Assembly: GCA_951406725.2 (NCBI GenBank)
Contig: OX597827.1
Coordinates: 29,512,001-29,576,000 of the forward strand
Length of the DNA: 64,000 nt
Direction: 5' to 3'
From: Octopus vulgaris
Lineage: Eukaryota
In this document: one piece after another, positions 1 to 14,125 of the stretch
How the letters are laid out: each line of letters begins with the position of its first letter
How positions within the stretch are numbered: position 1 is the first letter of the stretch
Notes under the pieces: generated by a model
Databases searched by the model: none
Seen by the model: only the letters and a program-made list of their open reading frames with translations
What the model was told of the DNA's origin: nothing
Translations under genes and position numbers: made by a program

Positions 1-281
1 TTGCACCCTCTGATTTTCACCTCTTTCCATCCATGAAGTTGTTTTTGAAAGGAAAGCGTTTCCCAGATGATGCAGCCTTGATTTCTGAAGTCACGTTGAG
101 GCTGGAGGACCAAGCTGTGTTCTTCTACAAAAACGGTCTCCAGAGCCGCATCAAACGATGGGAGAAATGCGTAACTCTGGGTGGTTCCTATGTAGAGAAA
201 GACTAATAACTGTACAAAGTTTCGTTGTTCTACTGCTATGGGAAGTGGGTCAGGGGCATTACTTATTGAACGCCCCTCGTA
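1..281 (+). mobile_element. Mariner transposon 3' end (transposase C-terminus plus right TIR)
   Basis: Frame from nt 3 reads APSDFHLFPSMKLFLKGKRF...KRWEKCVTLGGSYVEKD* (stop 204-206), the mariner YSPDLAPSD C-terminal region. It ends in a TIR (...ATTACTTATTGAACGCCCCTCG) plus TA at 280-281, whose reverse complement matches the left TIR at 30628. Confidence 0.9.
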
Positions 282-425
282 AGTTGGTACCAAGCACCTG
301 TTATTTATCGATACATCTGGCATAGAGGCCAGTGAAAGTTATGGGCTACCTTGTCGTACCTGGGCTTGTACTCTTTCTGCGCAAGATTTTCACAAGCATT
401 AATAATGTGAGTCATGTCTTTGACC
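282..425 (-). mobile_element. Small R4/Dong-like LINE fragment (zinc-knuckle region)
   Basis: Minus translation THIINACENLAQKEYKPRYDKVAHNFHWPLC matches the HxxxxC...RHD..HW motif seen in the other RLE LINEs of this window. Confidence 0.7.
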
Positions 426-441
426 TTATTATTCTTATTAT

Positions 442-2370
442 CATATGGTTGATTTTTGCTTTGTATTTGTACAAGTTGACTCCAATTCTCACCCAGAGAC
501 CTCAAGAGACAAGTTGGAAGTTCAAGTTGGTGTTATGCCTAGGGTGTCATATATTTGGTTTTGCACATAGTATTGTTCAAGAGAATGTTTAAGAAAACAT
601 AAGAAAATTATAAGTTTGTTTTAAAATTTAAGATTACATAGAAAGTATTTTACGTAGGATATGGGCAGTTCCCACGAGCACTATCTTTTGAATTAATTTC
701 TGCCATTTGGGGGTTTCCTGATATCTGAGCTAGGTAGGAACCAACCCCTTTTACTATCATTCCTAGGGCACCTATGACAACAGGTATTGTTTTAATCTTC
801 AAGTTCCTTTGTTAGCCAATTTCTATTTCAAGATCTTTATATTTGCTCAGTTTTTGGTAGGTCTTGACAGATATATTTATGTCGATTGGGACAGTCATAT
901 CAATGAGGCAGCATGATTTTTGTCTGAAGTCTTTCAATATATTCTCTTGCTTTTTGCATCTATCTTTCGGTCAGTTTGAACGGTGACGTTCCAGAGGAGT
1001 GAAATGTGATCATTCTCAAGCACTTTTATCATGTGGCAGGTCCAAGTTTTTGAAAATTACCCAGTGAATATACTGTGCTGCTCTATCATGCCTCTTGAGA
1101 TACTCTGTAGGCGCAAGAAGACTGCACTTGGAGACAACATGATCAATGATTTCATTTTGTTGTTGACATACACGACATGTTGGGCTACTGCCGTTCTTTA
1201 ATATGTCGGCCTGGTAGTTCCTTGTAGGTAGGCATTGACCTTGAGCTGCTATGATAAACCCTTCTGTTTCAGATTTTAAGCCAGAGACCATTAGCCATTG
1301 ATGGGTAAGGGCTTTGTCAACATCTACATTATTTGTTCTCTTTGGGTATTTGCCATTGAGAGGTTTTTCTTGCCATTTATCATTCAGAATATCTAAGGCG
1401 GCAGTTTTAGCACGGGTTTTCATGCGCTTAGCTTTTTCTGTGCTTATTTCTTGTATATCTAATTCCGAAATTTGTTGTATTCGGAATTCACTTAGATATT
1501 CCTTTGCCTGTTTTGTTACTGATTATGATGCTTTCTTGTTTTCATGCTTTAAGACAGGTTTTAACATCCAGTCCTCAGAGTTTTTCAGGTAGGTGTCTAG
1601 GCCAATTGTGGCAATCTTCATTGTTAATTCCAGTAGTAAAAGTCCACGGCCACCCTCTTTTCTTGGCAGATAAAGTCGTTCTATATCTGCCTTAGGGTGG
1701 TGCAGTCTATGCGTTGTCAACAATTTTCGTGTTTTACTGTCAAGATTGCATATTTCATTAATTGACCAGTTAATGATATTGAAACTGTAAGTCACGACTG
1801 GTTTGGCTAAAGTATTGATCGCTTCGATCCTTTTTCTTTCTTTTTTTTGCATTCAGCTGTCTTGAGTATTGCTCTCACCCCGCGATAACATTCTCTTCTG
1901 ATCCTTTCCCTCATCATTGAATGTTTGATTCCATAACCTTCAACTACCACTAGCTATTTGTAGCTCTCCGCTGGCTCTAATTCCTTTATGACATTCTGCT
2001 GGTCAAGGTTAACGTTAGATGTTTCTGTCAATTTTCCTTTGATAAAGGTCGCCTTTGCACATTTATCGAGGCCAAATTGCATCCTCATGTCATCACAGAA
2101 TTGCTAGTAAGCCCTGTAATTGTTGGTCACTTTTTGCAAATAATAATCCATGTCAAATAGATTATTTATATTTTTATCATACATTTTACAGCCATACTGT
2201 ATATCATCGAGCAATTTCGAGAAAGGTATTAAGGCTAGACATAAGAGCATTGTTGAGAGAGAGTTACTCTGGAAAACGCCACATGAAATTCTTACAACTC
2301 CAGCATTCAGAGATTCATTGCCACTGATCAAAGTCAGTGTGGTTCTCCATGATCTCATACTTACAGACAA
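442..2370 (-). mobile_element. R4/Dong-like RLE LINE, family A, 5'-truncated and decayed
   Basis: Fragmented ORFs give RT motifs (degenerate GVFQSNSLS, FDMD), RLYLPRKEGGRGL, ETEGFIIAAQ, CRVC...HVVSKC (CCHC), and the endonuclease C-terminus ending GTAHILRKILSM* at 634. A 3'UTR runs into an (AAT)n tail. RT segment matches 63820-64000; 3'UTR matches 45082-45236 and 59925-60110. Confidence 0.9.
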
Positions 2371-2409
2371 GAGGTCTCAGAGGGTTTCTTTCCAAAATTA
2401 TTATTATTA

Positions 2410-2620
2410 GCGGTGAACTAGTAGAATTGCTAGCAAGCTGGACGAAATGCTTAGCAGTATTTCGCCTGTCGCTATGTTCTGAGTTCAATTTCTGCTGAGG
2501 TTGACTTTACCCTTCATCCTTTCAAGGTCGATAAAATAAGTACCAGTTGAACACTGGGGTCGATGTAATCTACTTAACCCGTCCCCAAAAGTTTCTGCCC
2601 TACTGGAAAAATTTGGACCC
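2410..2620 (+). mobile_element. tRNA-derived SINE family S1 (Meta-domain-like core)
   Basis: Head with B-box-like GAGTTCAATTTC and core CTTCATCCTTTCAAGGTCGATAAAATAAGTACCAG, present in many copies across the window. Confidence 0.75.
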
Positions 2621-2691
<71 letters not shown>

Positions 2692-2714
2692 CATTATTAT
2701 TATTATTATTATTA

Positions 2715-3260
2715 CTGAGTGGGAGAGCAGCGCATGTCATCAAGGTATATATAAACGAAGCCCAATATACCCATCATTACTACCCGTCTGATAAGAGTTC
2801 ACCAGGCACATATAGCACAACAATATGTGCGTGACATGGTGGTCTCATATCAAGATAAACAGCATATGACCTCGCAGGAGGGGCCCAATTAGAATTTTCT
2901 TCAGGTGAATAGCCCATTCCTCTCAAAAGGTCCCTGAATAAGGATTGTTTAAGGATGTTGAACGAACCACCCATGTTTCCAAAGGTGAGTTATCTAAACA
3001 CCAAAAATTCCTCTCAACACATGGCTATGATGCTTCCCCACTACTTCTGCTTGTGATCAGAGATGCACATATTGTCAGCCACCAAGGGACGTGCTCAACT
3101 GGTTAAGGTCAAACAACTGACAAGCAAATCCGTGGTATTGAGCAGAATATTTGCTGTAGCCCATCTTTTATACCAAGACAAAACAATGTACATGATAACA
3201 CTTCCAATCAGTTAAGATCAGAAGCTATGAGACCCACCGTCTTGTATTGCACCAGGACAT
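2715..3260 (-). mobile_element. ~550-bp non-coding (AAT)n-associated element (SINE-like), full length
   Basis: Homologous to 4379-4931, 7705-8115, 55769-55836 and 60309-60857. Flanked by (TTA)n on both sides, with no credible ORF. Confidence 0.8.
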
Positions 3261-3288
3261 ATGATTATTACTATTATTATTATTACTA

Positions 3289-3431
<143 letters not shown>

Positions 3432-3464
3432 CATCATCATCATCATCATCATCATTATTATTAT

Positions 3465-4355
3465 TTTCTTTCTCACTTCAAATTTTCTTCCATTTCTCGC
3501 GAAGTGTTTTCCGTACACCTAGGGCAGAGAAGCTCATTGTATGCATTCCCAGATTACACACGCAAATTCACAGGTAAAATATGTATTTAAAAATTAATAA
3601 ATAAATAAATTCATGAATGGATGTTGTTTTCACAACGATAAATGATCTTCTCAGTACATGAGTCGTTCCAGTTAACACGATTTTTTGCACTTCCTGTAGG
3701 GATGGTAAGCCTGGTATCATTTTCAAACAGGTTTCAGTACTTTTTTTTTTATCATTCCTAGAGATCCTACATGCCACATTTTTTATCATTCATAGAAATC
3801 CTACATGCCACATTTTTTTCAATTTCTATATGCTAGTCTTTATATTTACTTATCTTGTCAAATTTTTTCGCCTCTATATTGTGATCACAAGGAATACTCA
3901 TGTCAATTAATAAACACCCCTTTTTGTCTGATCTTCTATAATAATATCCGGTTTATTAGCTTTTATAGATTTGTAGGTATGTACGGGGATGTCCCAGAGA
4001 ATCGGCACATTCAGGATGGGTGTTTATACACAGCTTCAGGATGGGTGTTTATACCATTTGTCAGCGGTTTTGATTTTATAATGCCGACATATTGTCCAGT
4101 ATAAATATTGGCCGATTCTGTCATGTCTTGCTTTATATTCTACAGGTGCTAAGACTCTACACCCTGAGATTAGGTGGTCTATAATTTCAATCTCATCGTT
4201 ACAGAATCGGAATTTTGGGTCAGCTCCGTTTCTTTTCACATTGGCTTGGTAGTTCCGGGCTAATAAGCTTTGGTCTTGAGTAGCTAATATGAAATCTTCA
4301 CTCTCTGTTTTTAGCCCTGAGCTTCGTAACCATTGATGCGTGTGTTTCTGGTCGA
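3465..4355 (-). mobile_element. R4/Dong-like RLE LINE, family C, 3' fragment
   Basis: HQWLRSSGLKTESEDFILATQDQSL, DHLISGC...RHDRIGQYLYW, PSLQEVQKIVLTGTTHVLRR. 3'UTR matches 59655-59728. Bounded by (TTA)n. Confidence 0.85.
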
Positions 4356-4378
4356 TTATTATCATTATTATTATTATT

Positions 4379-4931
4379 AGAGAGCAGTGCATGCCATCAA
4401 AGTGACACTGGGGTAAAATATACGAAGCCCAATATACCCATCATGACTACCCGTCTGATAAAGGTACACCAGGCACATGCATCACAACCATATGTGCGCG
4501 ACATGGTGATCACATATCAAGATAAACAGCACATGACCTTGCAGGTGGGGCCCAGTTAGAATTTTCTTCAGGTTGAGTAGCCCATCCCGCTCAAACGGTC
4601 CCTGAATAAGGGTTGTTTAAGGATGTTGAAAAAACCACCCATGTTTCCAGAGGTGAATTATTCAAACCCCAAAGAATCCCTCTCAACACATGGCTATGAT
4701 GCTCCCCCACTACTTCTGCTCGTGATCAGAGATGCACATATCGTCAGCCACTAAGGGACATGCTCAACTGGTTACGGTCAAACAACTGACAAGCAAATCT
4801 GTGGTATTGAGCAGAATATTTGCTGTAGCCCATCTTTTATACCAAGACAAAACAATGTACATGATAACACTTCCAATCAGTTAAGATCAGAAGCCATGAG
4901 AGCCACTGCCTGGTACTGCATCAGGGCATTT
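4379..4931 (-). mobile_element. ~550-bp non-coding (AAT)n-associated element, full length
   Basis: 5' end AAATGCCCTGATGCAGTACCAGG, 3' end ...GGCATGCACTGCTCTCT followed by (AAT)n. Flanked by microsatellite on both sides. Confidence 0.85.
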
Positions 4932-4947
4932 ATTATTATTATTCTTA

Positions 4948-5043
<96 letters not shown>

Positions 5044-5959
5044 ATTATGATAGCTGGCAGAATACTTAGCACGCCGAAGTCGATTTTGTTTTTCATCCTG
5101 TCGGGGTTTATAAATTTAGTACCAGTGAAACACTGGGGTCGATTAGTCCCCTCCCCCAAAATTTCGGGCCTTGTATCTTTAACTGAAAGGATTGTTGTTA
5201 TTGTTGTTGTTGTGGTAGTGGTGGTGATGGTGGTTTCAATTCGGGCCGAGGCCAGCTTTGCTTTTCCTACCGTATCGATAAGAATATCAGTTAATATCCC
5301 CACCCCTCAAAATTGCCGGCCTCGAGCTAAAATTCGAAAGAATTATTATTAATGTTGTTGATGGTGTTGTTGTTGTTGTTTTTATCATCCTTATCGCCGT
5401 TACGTATCATATGCGCTTACAATTGTAGCTTCTGACTTTTTGTTAACTTCGAACCAAATTTCTTGCTTCTTTACAGAATGAAAGAATGGGTGGGCGAATT
5501 TGCCAAAGAAAAGAAAAGAAAGAAAGAAAGAAAGAGACAACCAAACAAAAAATAATAAATAATCCAAAGCGAGAATTCTCTCGAATTAATAAAATATTAT
5601 ATTTTCATGTTGATTTGTGCCAAAGTTGTTAGTAGGAAATGGCCCACAATGCTGGACTGTGTCACTCTAAGCGTCTTGAGACAACAAATTTTTGGCTCCC
5701 GTTATAAGTACAGTTATTTGTAGATTTCCGGAAAAGATATTTTCCGTGCCAAACAGGTGACAGATGGATTCTATAAATCTTTTTCGATGACAACACTTTC
5801 TAAAAAGCTAATTAAATTAAGAAAATAATATTTTTTTGATTATCTGTCGCACGCGCTTCTGAGTAACGCGTTTACCTTCGTTTTATATTTTTGTTCTTTT
5901 TTTAAAACATTTGTTAAGTGTTGTAGCATAGTGAATACTATAAACAATTTTGACTAATA

Positions 5960-6843
5960 CGAGGTCTGATCAATAAGTATCCGGGCTGTTGCCATAGTAA
6001 CGAAGCTAAAGCACGCAGAGTAAAGCTGCTTGGCAAAAATTGACCTTAATCTCTGCGGTGCATGCGCACAAAAATTTAACTCTCTAACTTACTTCTGCTG
6101 TTTACAGCAGTACTTGGAAGGAAGATGTGTCGCGTGTGATCATCGCATTGACCATGCCAGAGAAAGTTGTCATGGCGATACCTGCTCAGAGGCCTAAACA
6201 AAGTAACAGAAAATGTATGAAGAGGAGTGTATGAGCTACACACAAGTGAACACGAGGTTCAGACGTTACCAAAATGGCCGAAAAAATGTCGATATTGACG
6301 AACGTTCTGAGAGACACGCAACCAATAGAACTGAGAAAAATATCACAGATGTGTGTGCAGCTGTGAGAGGAAATCATCCGTGAGTTATATGAGTGTGTGC
6401 AGATTAGTTACGGCTCAGTTTTGTCCATTATCACTGAAGATTTGGGTATGAGACGCGTGTCTGCCAAGTTTATGCTAAAACTGCTTTCAGCTGACCAAAA
6501 AGACACTCAGATTTCAGTTGCACAAGATCTCCTTGATTGCGTCAAGAACGATGAAAACTTTTTGAAAACTTTGTGTCGCCCTCTGAGCAGGTATCTCCAA
6601 GCTTTTGGCAAAATGTGATCCAGATTCTCTGCTCAACGTTCTCTGCCACGGTCAATGCGACGATCACACGCTACACATCTTCCTTCGAAGCAGTGTTGTA
6701 AGCATCGGAAGTGAGCTAGGACGTTAAAACTTAGTGCAAAGGCACAGCAAAATTCACGGTCAATCTGTGCCAAGCGGTTTCACTCTACATGCTTTAGCAT
6801 CATTATTATGACAACAGTCCGGATATTTATTGATTAGACCACG
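5960..6843 (+). mobile_element. Non-autonomous mariner derivative with long (~230 bp) terminal inverted repeats
   Basis: TA|CGAGGTCTGATCAATAAGTATCCGG ... CCGGATATTTATTGATTAGACCACG|TA. Internal remnant EDLGMRRVSAKFMLKLLSADQK...NDENFLKTL is the mariner linker (WVPxxL-equivalent) region. Confidence 0.85.
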
Positions 6844-7704
6844 TACATGAACGTGCAAACCTCTAGTATATGGACACATGCATTCCTGCATACATATAAA
6901 TTAGATAGATGATGGAAAAATGGAATGAACGACATTTTGTATTCAAAATCACTACAATTGTTTTCACTCATTTTTACACCCGTAGTGCATTGGTGAAATG
7001 TGTTACCATTATCAGGTATCTAAAATTACAAAATGCGCCTTCTCGAGTGATTGTTTAGATAAGTCATTTGTTTGATCCTGACGTCATTTTACTCAGTGTG
7101 AGAATGTATACTCAAAATGGAGTGTCATTTTAAGCAGTTTAGAAACAAGGCTAAACCCATTGATATGGCGACAGACAAAATATAAAATATATAAATAAAT
7201 AAATTGACTATAAATTATAGTTGACTATAAATTATAATTCTATCTTCATGGCCAGATTATAAGAAAGAAAGGGCAAAACGGAATTAAGAATAAAACGAAG
7301 AAAAAATTAAGCATTTAGAGATAATAAGGTGATAAAGTGCTTACGGCTGACCATTTCAGTACTTATCAACTGTTTCTTTGTTTCTGTGAATGATCTAAAT
7401 TACCCTCTGGTTCTCACCACAAAATAGATATGCAATGTATATGTATATGTGTGTGGGTTTGTGTATGTATGTATACACGATGGGTTTCTTCCAGTTCCCG
7501 TCTACAAAATTCACTCACAAGGCTTTGATCGGGTCGGAGTTATAGTATCAGGTCATCCAATAAGTTCTGTCCGGTTTTACCTTTTTTTAAATTGAATGAA
7601 ATTTAATAGTATTTTAAAATGTCTAATGGAATTAAAAATTATTTTTATTCATTTGTGTACATTTAAACTAATTAATTATTTTACAGAATAATAGAATTAA
7701 AATT

Positions 7705-8115
7705 GCTGCAGCAAATATTCTGCTCAATACCACGGATTTGCTTGTCAGTTGTTTGACCTTAACCAGTTGACTATGTCCCTTAGTGGCTGACGGTATGTGC
7801 ATCTCTGATCATGACCAGAAGTAGTGGGGGAGCATCATAGCCGTGTGTTGAAAGGAATTCTTAGAGGTTTGGATAATTCACATCTGGAAACATGGGTGTT
7901 TTGTACATCCTTAAACAATCCTTATCCAGGGACCTTTTGAGAGGGATGGGTTACTCGACCCGCAAGGTCATGTGCTACTTATCTTGATATGAGATCAGCA
8001 TGTCGCGCACATATGGTTGTGATGCATGTGCCTAGTGTACCCTTATCAGACGGATAGTCATGATGGGTATACTGGGCTTCGTATATTTTACCCCAGTGTC
8101 GCTTTGATGACACTC
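7705..8115 (+). mobile_element. 5'-truncated copy of the ~550-bp (AAT)n-associated element
   Basis: Homologous to 60412-60857 and followed by a degenerate AAT tail. Confidence 0.8.
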
Positions 8116-8844
8116 AATAATCATAACAATAATGATTATAATTATAATGCAAGGGGAGATGAAAATGTTAAATTGTTGATAGACCTGAAGAAGAGTCTGT
8201 TTGAAAGCTTGATGGGGTAAGCATTTAGAGTCAGCTTCAAATATGTGTGTGTATATATAAATATATATGTGGATATATGTATATGTATGTATATATACAG
8301 ACACACATACTCACACACACTAATATAGTACAGAACATCTATCGTGTTTGCCTTTAATGCACATGTGTGTATAAATACACACATATATATGGACACGTGC
8401 ATACATACATATATATTTACATGCACTTATACATACATATATACATACATACTTACATGCACACATACATGCACGCATATACACACACATACATACATAC
8501 ATACATACATACATACATACATACATACATACATACATACATACATACACACTCGAGTATGTGTAGTGTGTATAATATACGTTTGAAAATCGAAAAAGAA
8601 AAATATTTCAAACGAAGGAGAGAAGGGGTTGGAGGTGAGACTATCGGCGTGACAGACAGACTGAATGGCAAGGGATGGGTGGGGTTTGGGACGAGCTATA
8701 GCGATTGAAGAGTGTGTGAGAGAAATAAACGAGACGTGGAAGCTTGAGATAAGAACTTTAAGGATTGAATACGACTTGAAAGGCTGCAGCAGACGGTCAC
8801 TTTGCTTAGGGCTAAATACAAATGGTGGATATGAAGGATTAGGG

Positions 8845-9620
8845 AAGGGGCCGGGGGGCCGGGGGGCAGCGAAATAGACAGATGCAGAGGTTGATACTGA
8901 TGATGAGGATGAGGGTGGTAGTGGGGTGGGGGAGTGGGATGGAGTGGGGTGGAGGGTGGGAGGGGTGGGAGGGGTTGATAATGATGATGGTAGCGGTGGT
9001 GGTGGTGGTGGCTGCGGTGGTAGTGGTGGTGGTTGTGGTGATGGTAGTGATGGTGGTGGTTGCATCAACGGAGAAGATAAAGGAGAAGTAGGAGGAGGAG
9101 GAGGCAGAGGAGGATGAATGTAATATAGGAAAATGTGGTCTTTGTGGTAGTTTGTCGTCGGGAAGGCTGAGTTGAATTAATTAGTGGTGGAGGTGGTGGT
9201 GTTCATGGCGGTGGTGGTGTTCATGGCGGTGGTGGTGATGGTGGTGGTGGTGGATGCGACATCAGTGGTGGCGAAGACAAGGTGACCGTAGCAGTGGTGA
9301 TCGTGATGTTGCTGATAATGATGGTGTTGATGATGGTGATGGTGGTGGTGGTGGTGGTGGTGGTGGTGGTGATGGTATGCGATGGTGATGGTGATGGTGA
9401 TGGTGATTGTGATGGTAGCGCTGGTGGAGAGTGGTACTGCTGCTGCTGTTGGGGGGAGTAGTGGTTGTTGTTGTGGGGGGGGGGTGTTGGTAGTGGTGTC
9501 GTTTTGGAGACTGTGAAGTGCATGTGATTAAAAGAAGTACATAGAGAAGATATTGCATATTAAAAAGGGAGGAGGAGGAGGAGGAGGAGGGGTGAAGTAT
9601 GACGGGGTAGGAGGGGGAAG
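8845..9620 (+). repeat. G-rich low-complexity tract ((GGT)n, (GGA)n, G-runs) with G-quadruplex potential
   Basis: Clusters of G>=3 runs, e.g. GGGAAGGGGCCGGGGGGCCGGGGGG and GGGGTGGGGGAGTGGGATGGAGTGGGGTGGAGGGTGGGAGGGGTGGGAGGGG. Confidence 0.8.
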
Positions 9621-10184
9621 GAACAGAGCCGAAATGGTGCCGCAGACAACTCATAAATACTTCATTATTTGATGTTCTTCAAGATAACAGCGCATGCGCG
9701 CAAATGCGCACGTGTGTGTGTATGCATACGTGTATGCATGAGTATGTGTGTGTATGTATGTGTTAGTGTGTGTGTGTGTTAGTGTGTGTGTGTGAAAGAG
9801 AAAGAGTAGCCGACATAAAGTGTTGGAGGAGGAGAGGGGAGGAGAACGATGGAAGTCATAGACGGAGACAAACGGACAGACACATAGACGCTCACTTACA
9901 TACAGGCATACATATGCATACATACATATACAAACATACATACATGCATTTATACATACACACACATACATACCCACACACACATGCATACATACATATA
10001 TGCATACACACACATATATGCATGCGTACATACATACATACATACATACATACATACATACATACATACATACATACATACATACAAACGTACACAAGTG
10101 CATTCATAAATGTAGAAGGAACATGGACAAGTTTACAGTCACATACACTCTCAAAACACCACTACATACATACATATATCTAGG

Positions 10185-10241
<57 letters not shown>

Positions 10242-10283
10242 TGACAGACAAACAGGTAGATAGATGCATACATACATATATAT

Positions 10284-10343
<60 letters not shown>

Positions 10344-10349
10344 CGGGCA

Positions 10350-10386
<37 letters not shown>

Positions 10387-10574
10387 GCAAAAGGACTTCC
10401 CACTGCAATGAACTCTAGCGAGCGATTATGACTACAGTGAATGATCGCAAACGGTAATAACTGCAGTGGACTCCAGGCACGGTAATAACTATAGTGAACT
10501 GTAGCAAAAGAAATAACAGCAGTGAACAAACAGTAATAACTGCTGTAAATTGTTCTTTCCACAATAAATACTCT

Positions 10575-11565
10575 CGAGGCTGGTATTTATTTCAACGAAC
10601 CCGAAAGAATGGAAAGCAAGGTCGATCTCGTCCAATTTAAACTGAGAATGTAAAAACCAGAAGAAATACCGTGAAGCATTTTGTCCGATGTTCCAACGAT
10701 TCTGCCAGCTTGTCTGCTGCCTTATTTACAGTAATTAATGATTTCAATTTTAATTAATTAATAATTTCAAATTTTAGCACAAGGCCAGCAAATTCGAGAA
10801 AGTCGACTACATTGACTCTAGTTGGTGCTCATTTTATCGACCCAGAAGGAGTGAAAGGCAAAATCGACCACGGTGGGATTTGAACTCAGAATGGACGAGA
10901 TATCGCTAAGCATTTCGCCCAGCGTGCTAACGATTCTTTTTTACTTTAGGGACAAGGCCTGAAATTTGGGGGTAGCGTTCCAGTCGATTAGATTGACCCC
11001 AGTACGCAACTGATACTTAATTTATCGACCCTGATAACGGTTCTGCCAGCTCGCCGCTTTAACTACGGTGAATAATGACTTTGGTAAAAACTATAATGAG
11101 GTATAGAAACGTATAGTACTAGTTGCGTACTGGGGTCAATCGACTGTCCCCCACCACAAAAATTTGGGGCCTTGTACCTAGCTAGAGTAGAAAAGCGGCG
11201 AGCTGGCAGAAACGCTTGCATGCCAGGCGAAATGCGTAGCTGTATTTTGTCTGCCGCCACGTTCTGAGTTCAAATTCCGTTGAGGTCGACTTTGCCTTTC
11301 ATCCTTTCGGGGTCGATTAAATAAGTGCCAGTTACGCACTGGGGTCGATGTAATCGTCTTAATCCGTTTGTCTGTCCTTGTTTGTCCTCTGTGTTTAGCC
11401 CTTGTGGGTAGTAAAGAAATAGGTATTTCGTATGCAGGCTACGTTCTGAGTTCAAATTCCACCGAGGTCGACTTTGCCTTTCATCCTTTCGGGGTCAATA
11501 AATTAAGTACCAGTTGCATACTGGAGTCGGTCTAATCGACTGGCCTCTTGCCCCAGAAATTTGGT
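10575..11565. mobile_element. Cluster of S1 SINE copies in both orientations
   Basis: Minus copies at ~10575-10720 and ~10770-11060. Plus copies from 11195 (GCGGCGAGCTGGCAGAAACG...GAGTTCAAATTCC...CATCCTTTCGGGGTCGA), with the core repeated at 11430-11560. Confidence 0.8.
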
Positions 11566-12032
11566 AGACGGTTTAAAATAGTTTTAAATATCTTTATTCC
11601 GTGAATTTGTTAACAATATTGAATGAGTTGAGCCGTTCTTTAGTTCTTTATGTTTGAAGATCATGAATTCATCTGAAGAATATAGTTTCTTTATAATGAT
11701 GTTAAGTTCTCATTAATCAATTAAAGGAGTCGTTGGAAACGGCCGTAAGGAATTGACACGTGTACCTCTTTGTTATACAAATTTTATTCACCTATCCTAG
11801 AATCTACGCTTCGTAAATATTATAGACAGTATTTTTAATATAAAGTACATGTCTGAATAGCTAAGAGCAGAGTTCTTCACTCGGTTGGGTCTTATTATCT
11901 GCAGACACTGCAAGAACCCCATGTGGCCGGCCCTTATGCACCAAATCTGATATTCACTGAACATTGCTGAGTATACATGTTACTCAGACCTAATAAGTGC
12001 CTTAATTTAAGAACCTAATTCAACTGACTCTC

Positions 12033-12080
<48 letters not shown>

Positions 12081-12082
12081 TC

Positions 12083-12123
<41 letters not shown>

Positions 12124-12237
12124 CAGAAATGTGTATGTATGTGTGTGTGTGTTCGCGTGCGTGCGCGAAAATAATCATTTTACACATTTGCACATTCGCC
12201 GACAACGTAAGTCTTCTCTAACGGCCTAAGGTAGGAC

Positions 12238-12309
<72 letters not shown>

Positions 12310-13159
12310 CGACAGCAGCGACAATAACAACAACAACAGCAACAGCTGCAATAGCAACAACAACAGCAACAGCTGCAATAGCAACAACAAGCCATTGCCT
12401 AACGAAACGATACTCTGTGAAATGGATTTCTCTTAGCTCCGTCATACTTCGACACAATTTACAGCAGTAGCAGCAGAACCAGCTCCAGCAGTAGATTACT
12501 TTAGTAATTACCAATTCTCTAACAAGATCTCCATTGTTCTCGTTCGCTACGTGATCCTCAATATAGATTGGAAATATGACAGACATATTCATTCATCAAA
12601 TTGAAGAACAAATGATGGCGTACATGTTGGGTAATCGACTTTAAAAATGTCAGCGTTCTTTTTTTAATTGCAAATTATACATGTCAGCGTTCTTTTTTTA
12701 ATTGCAAATTATACATGTCAGCGTAGGCAATTAGTTGACACATTATCATGACATAACCAACCTATAACATAGTTGTATTCTGGCAGCCAAACTTTCATTT
12801 TGTCTTATCTTTCAGCTGTTAAGATTTGCCGAGAGAATGAAGACAACTGACACTAGCTAAGGTCGTAAAAGTGACGTAAGATAACGCAGCGAAATCTGCA
12901 AAGCGTAGGAACAGAAGCTATCCCATAAAACCTCCAGCTTTGTTCCTGTAAAAGTATCATGCTCCGGCTTCGTGAAATGTTAGATTTTTATCATCCAGTA
13001 TTCTTTACGTCCGCCTTATACTCGTTTTTCATTGAACCACAAGCTTTTGCTTCGACCACGGCGACAACATCTACCACCAACACCACCGTCTTCCACTTCA
13101 CCAGCTCTCTTCTTTCCTTATTACCTATTCTTCACTCTCTAAACTATTTAATGTATCCG

Positions 13160-13770
<611 letters not shown>

Positions 13771-13810
13771 CTGGCATAGATGTGGCAACATTTGAAATTT
13801 TGTCTAGGTA

Positions 13811-13883
13811 AGTGCAGCTGATGAAGACTAATCAAATCTACGTTGTCAAACGTATTTGAAGAGTCTGAAACCGGTTCTGCATT
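13811..13883 (+). ncRNA. Type I hammerhead ribozyme motif (PLE-type)
   Basis: Stem I AGTGCAG/CTGCATT, core CTGATGA (13818-13824), stem II AGACT/AGTCT with an extended hairpin, GAAA (13867-13870), palindromic CCGG stem III, GUU cleavage triplet (cut after 13876). Confidence 0.8.
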
Positions 13884-14065
13884 ATCCGATTCTAGGTTTT
13901 CCATTTATCAGATGTTCTTCCTAGAGGTAAGACAAATTTTTTTCATGTTTGTTGCACACACGCGTCTTTGCTAGTATATACGCAGTGAAGCTATACAATA
14001 GCGTCGTATTTATTACGATTGCTATTTTCCAGTAAATATCGGTGCCTCGTTGTACCATTTATTTA

Positions 14066-14121
<56 letters not shown>

Positions 14122-14125
<4 letters not shown>

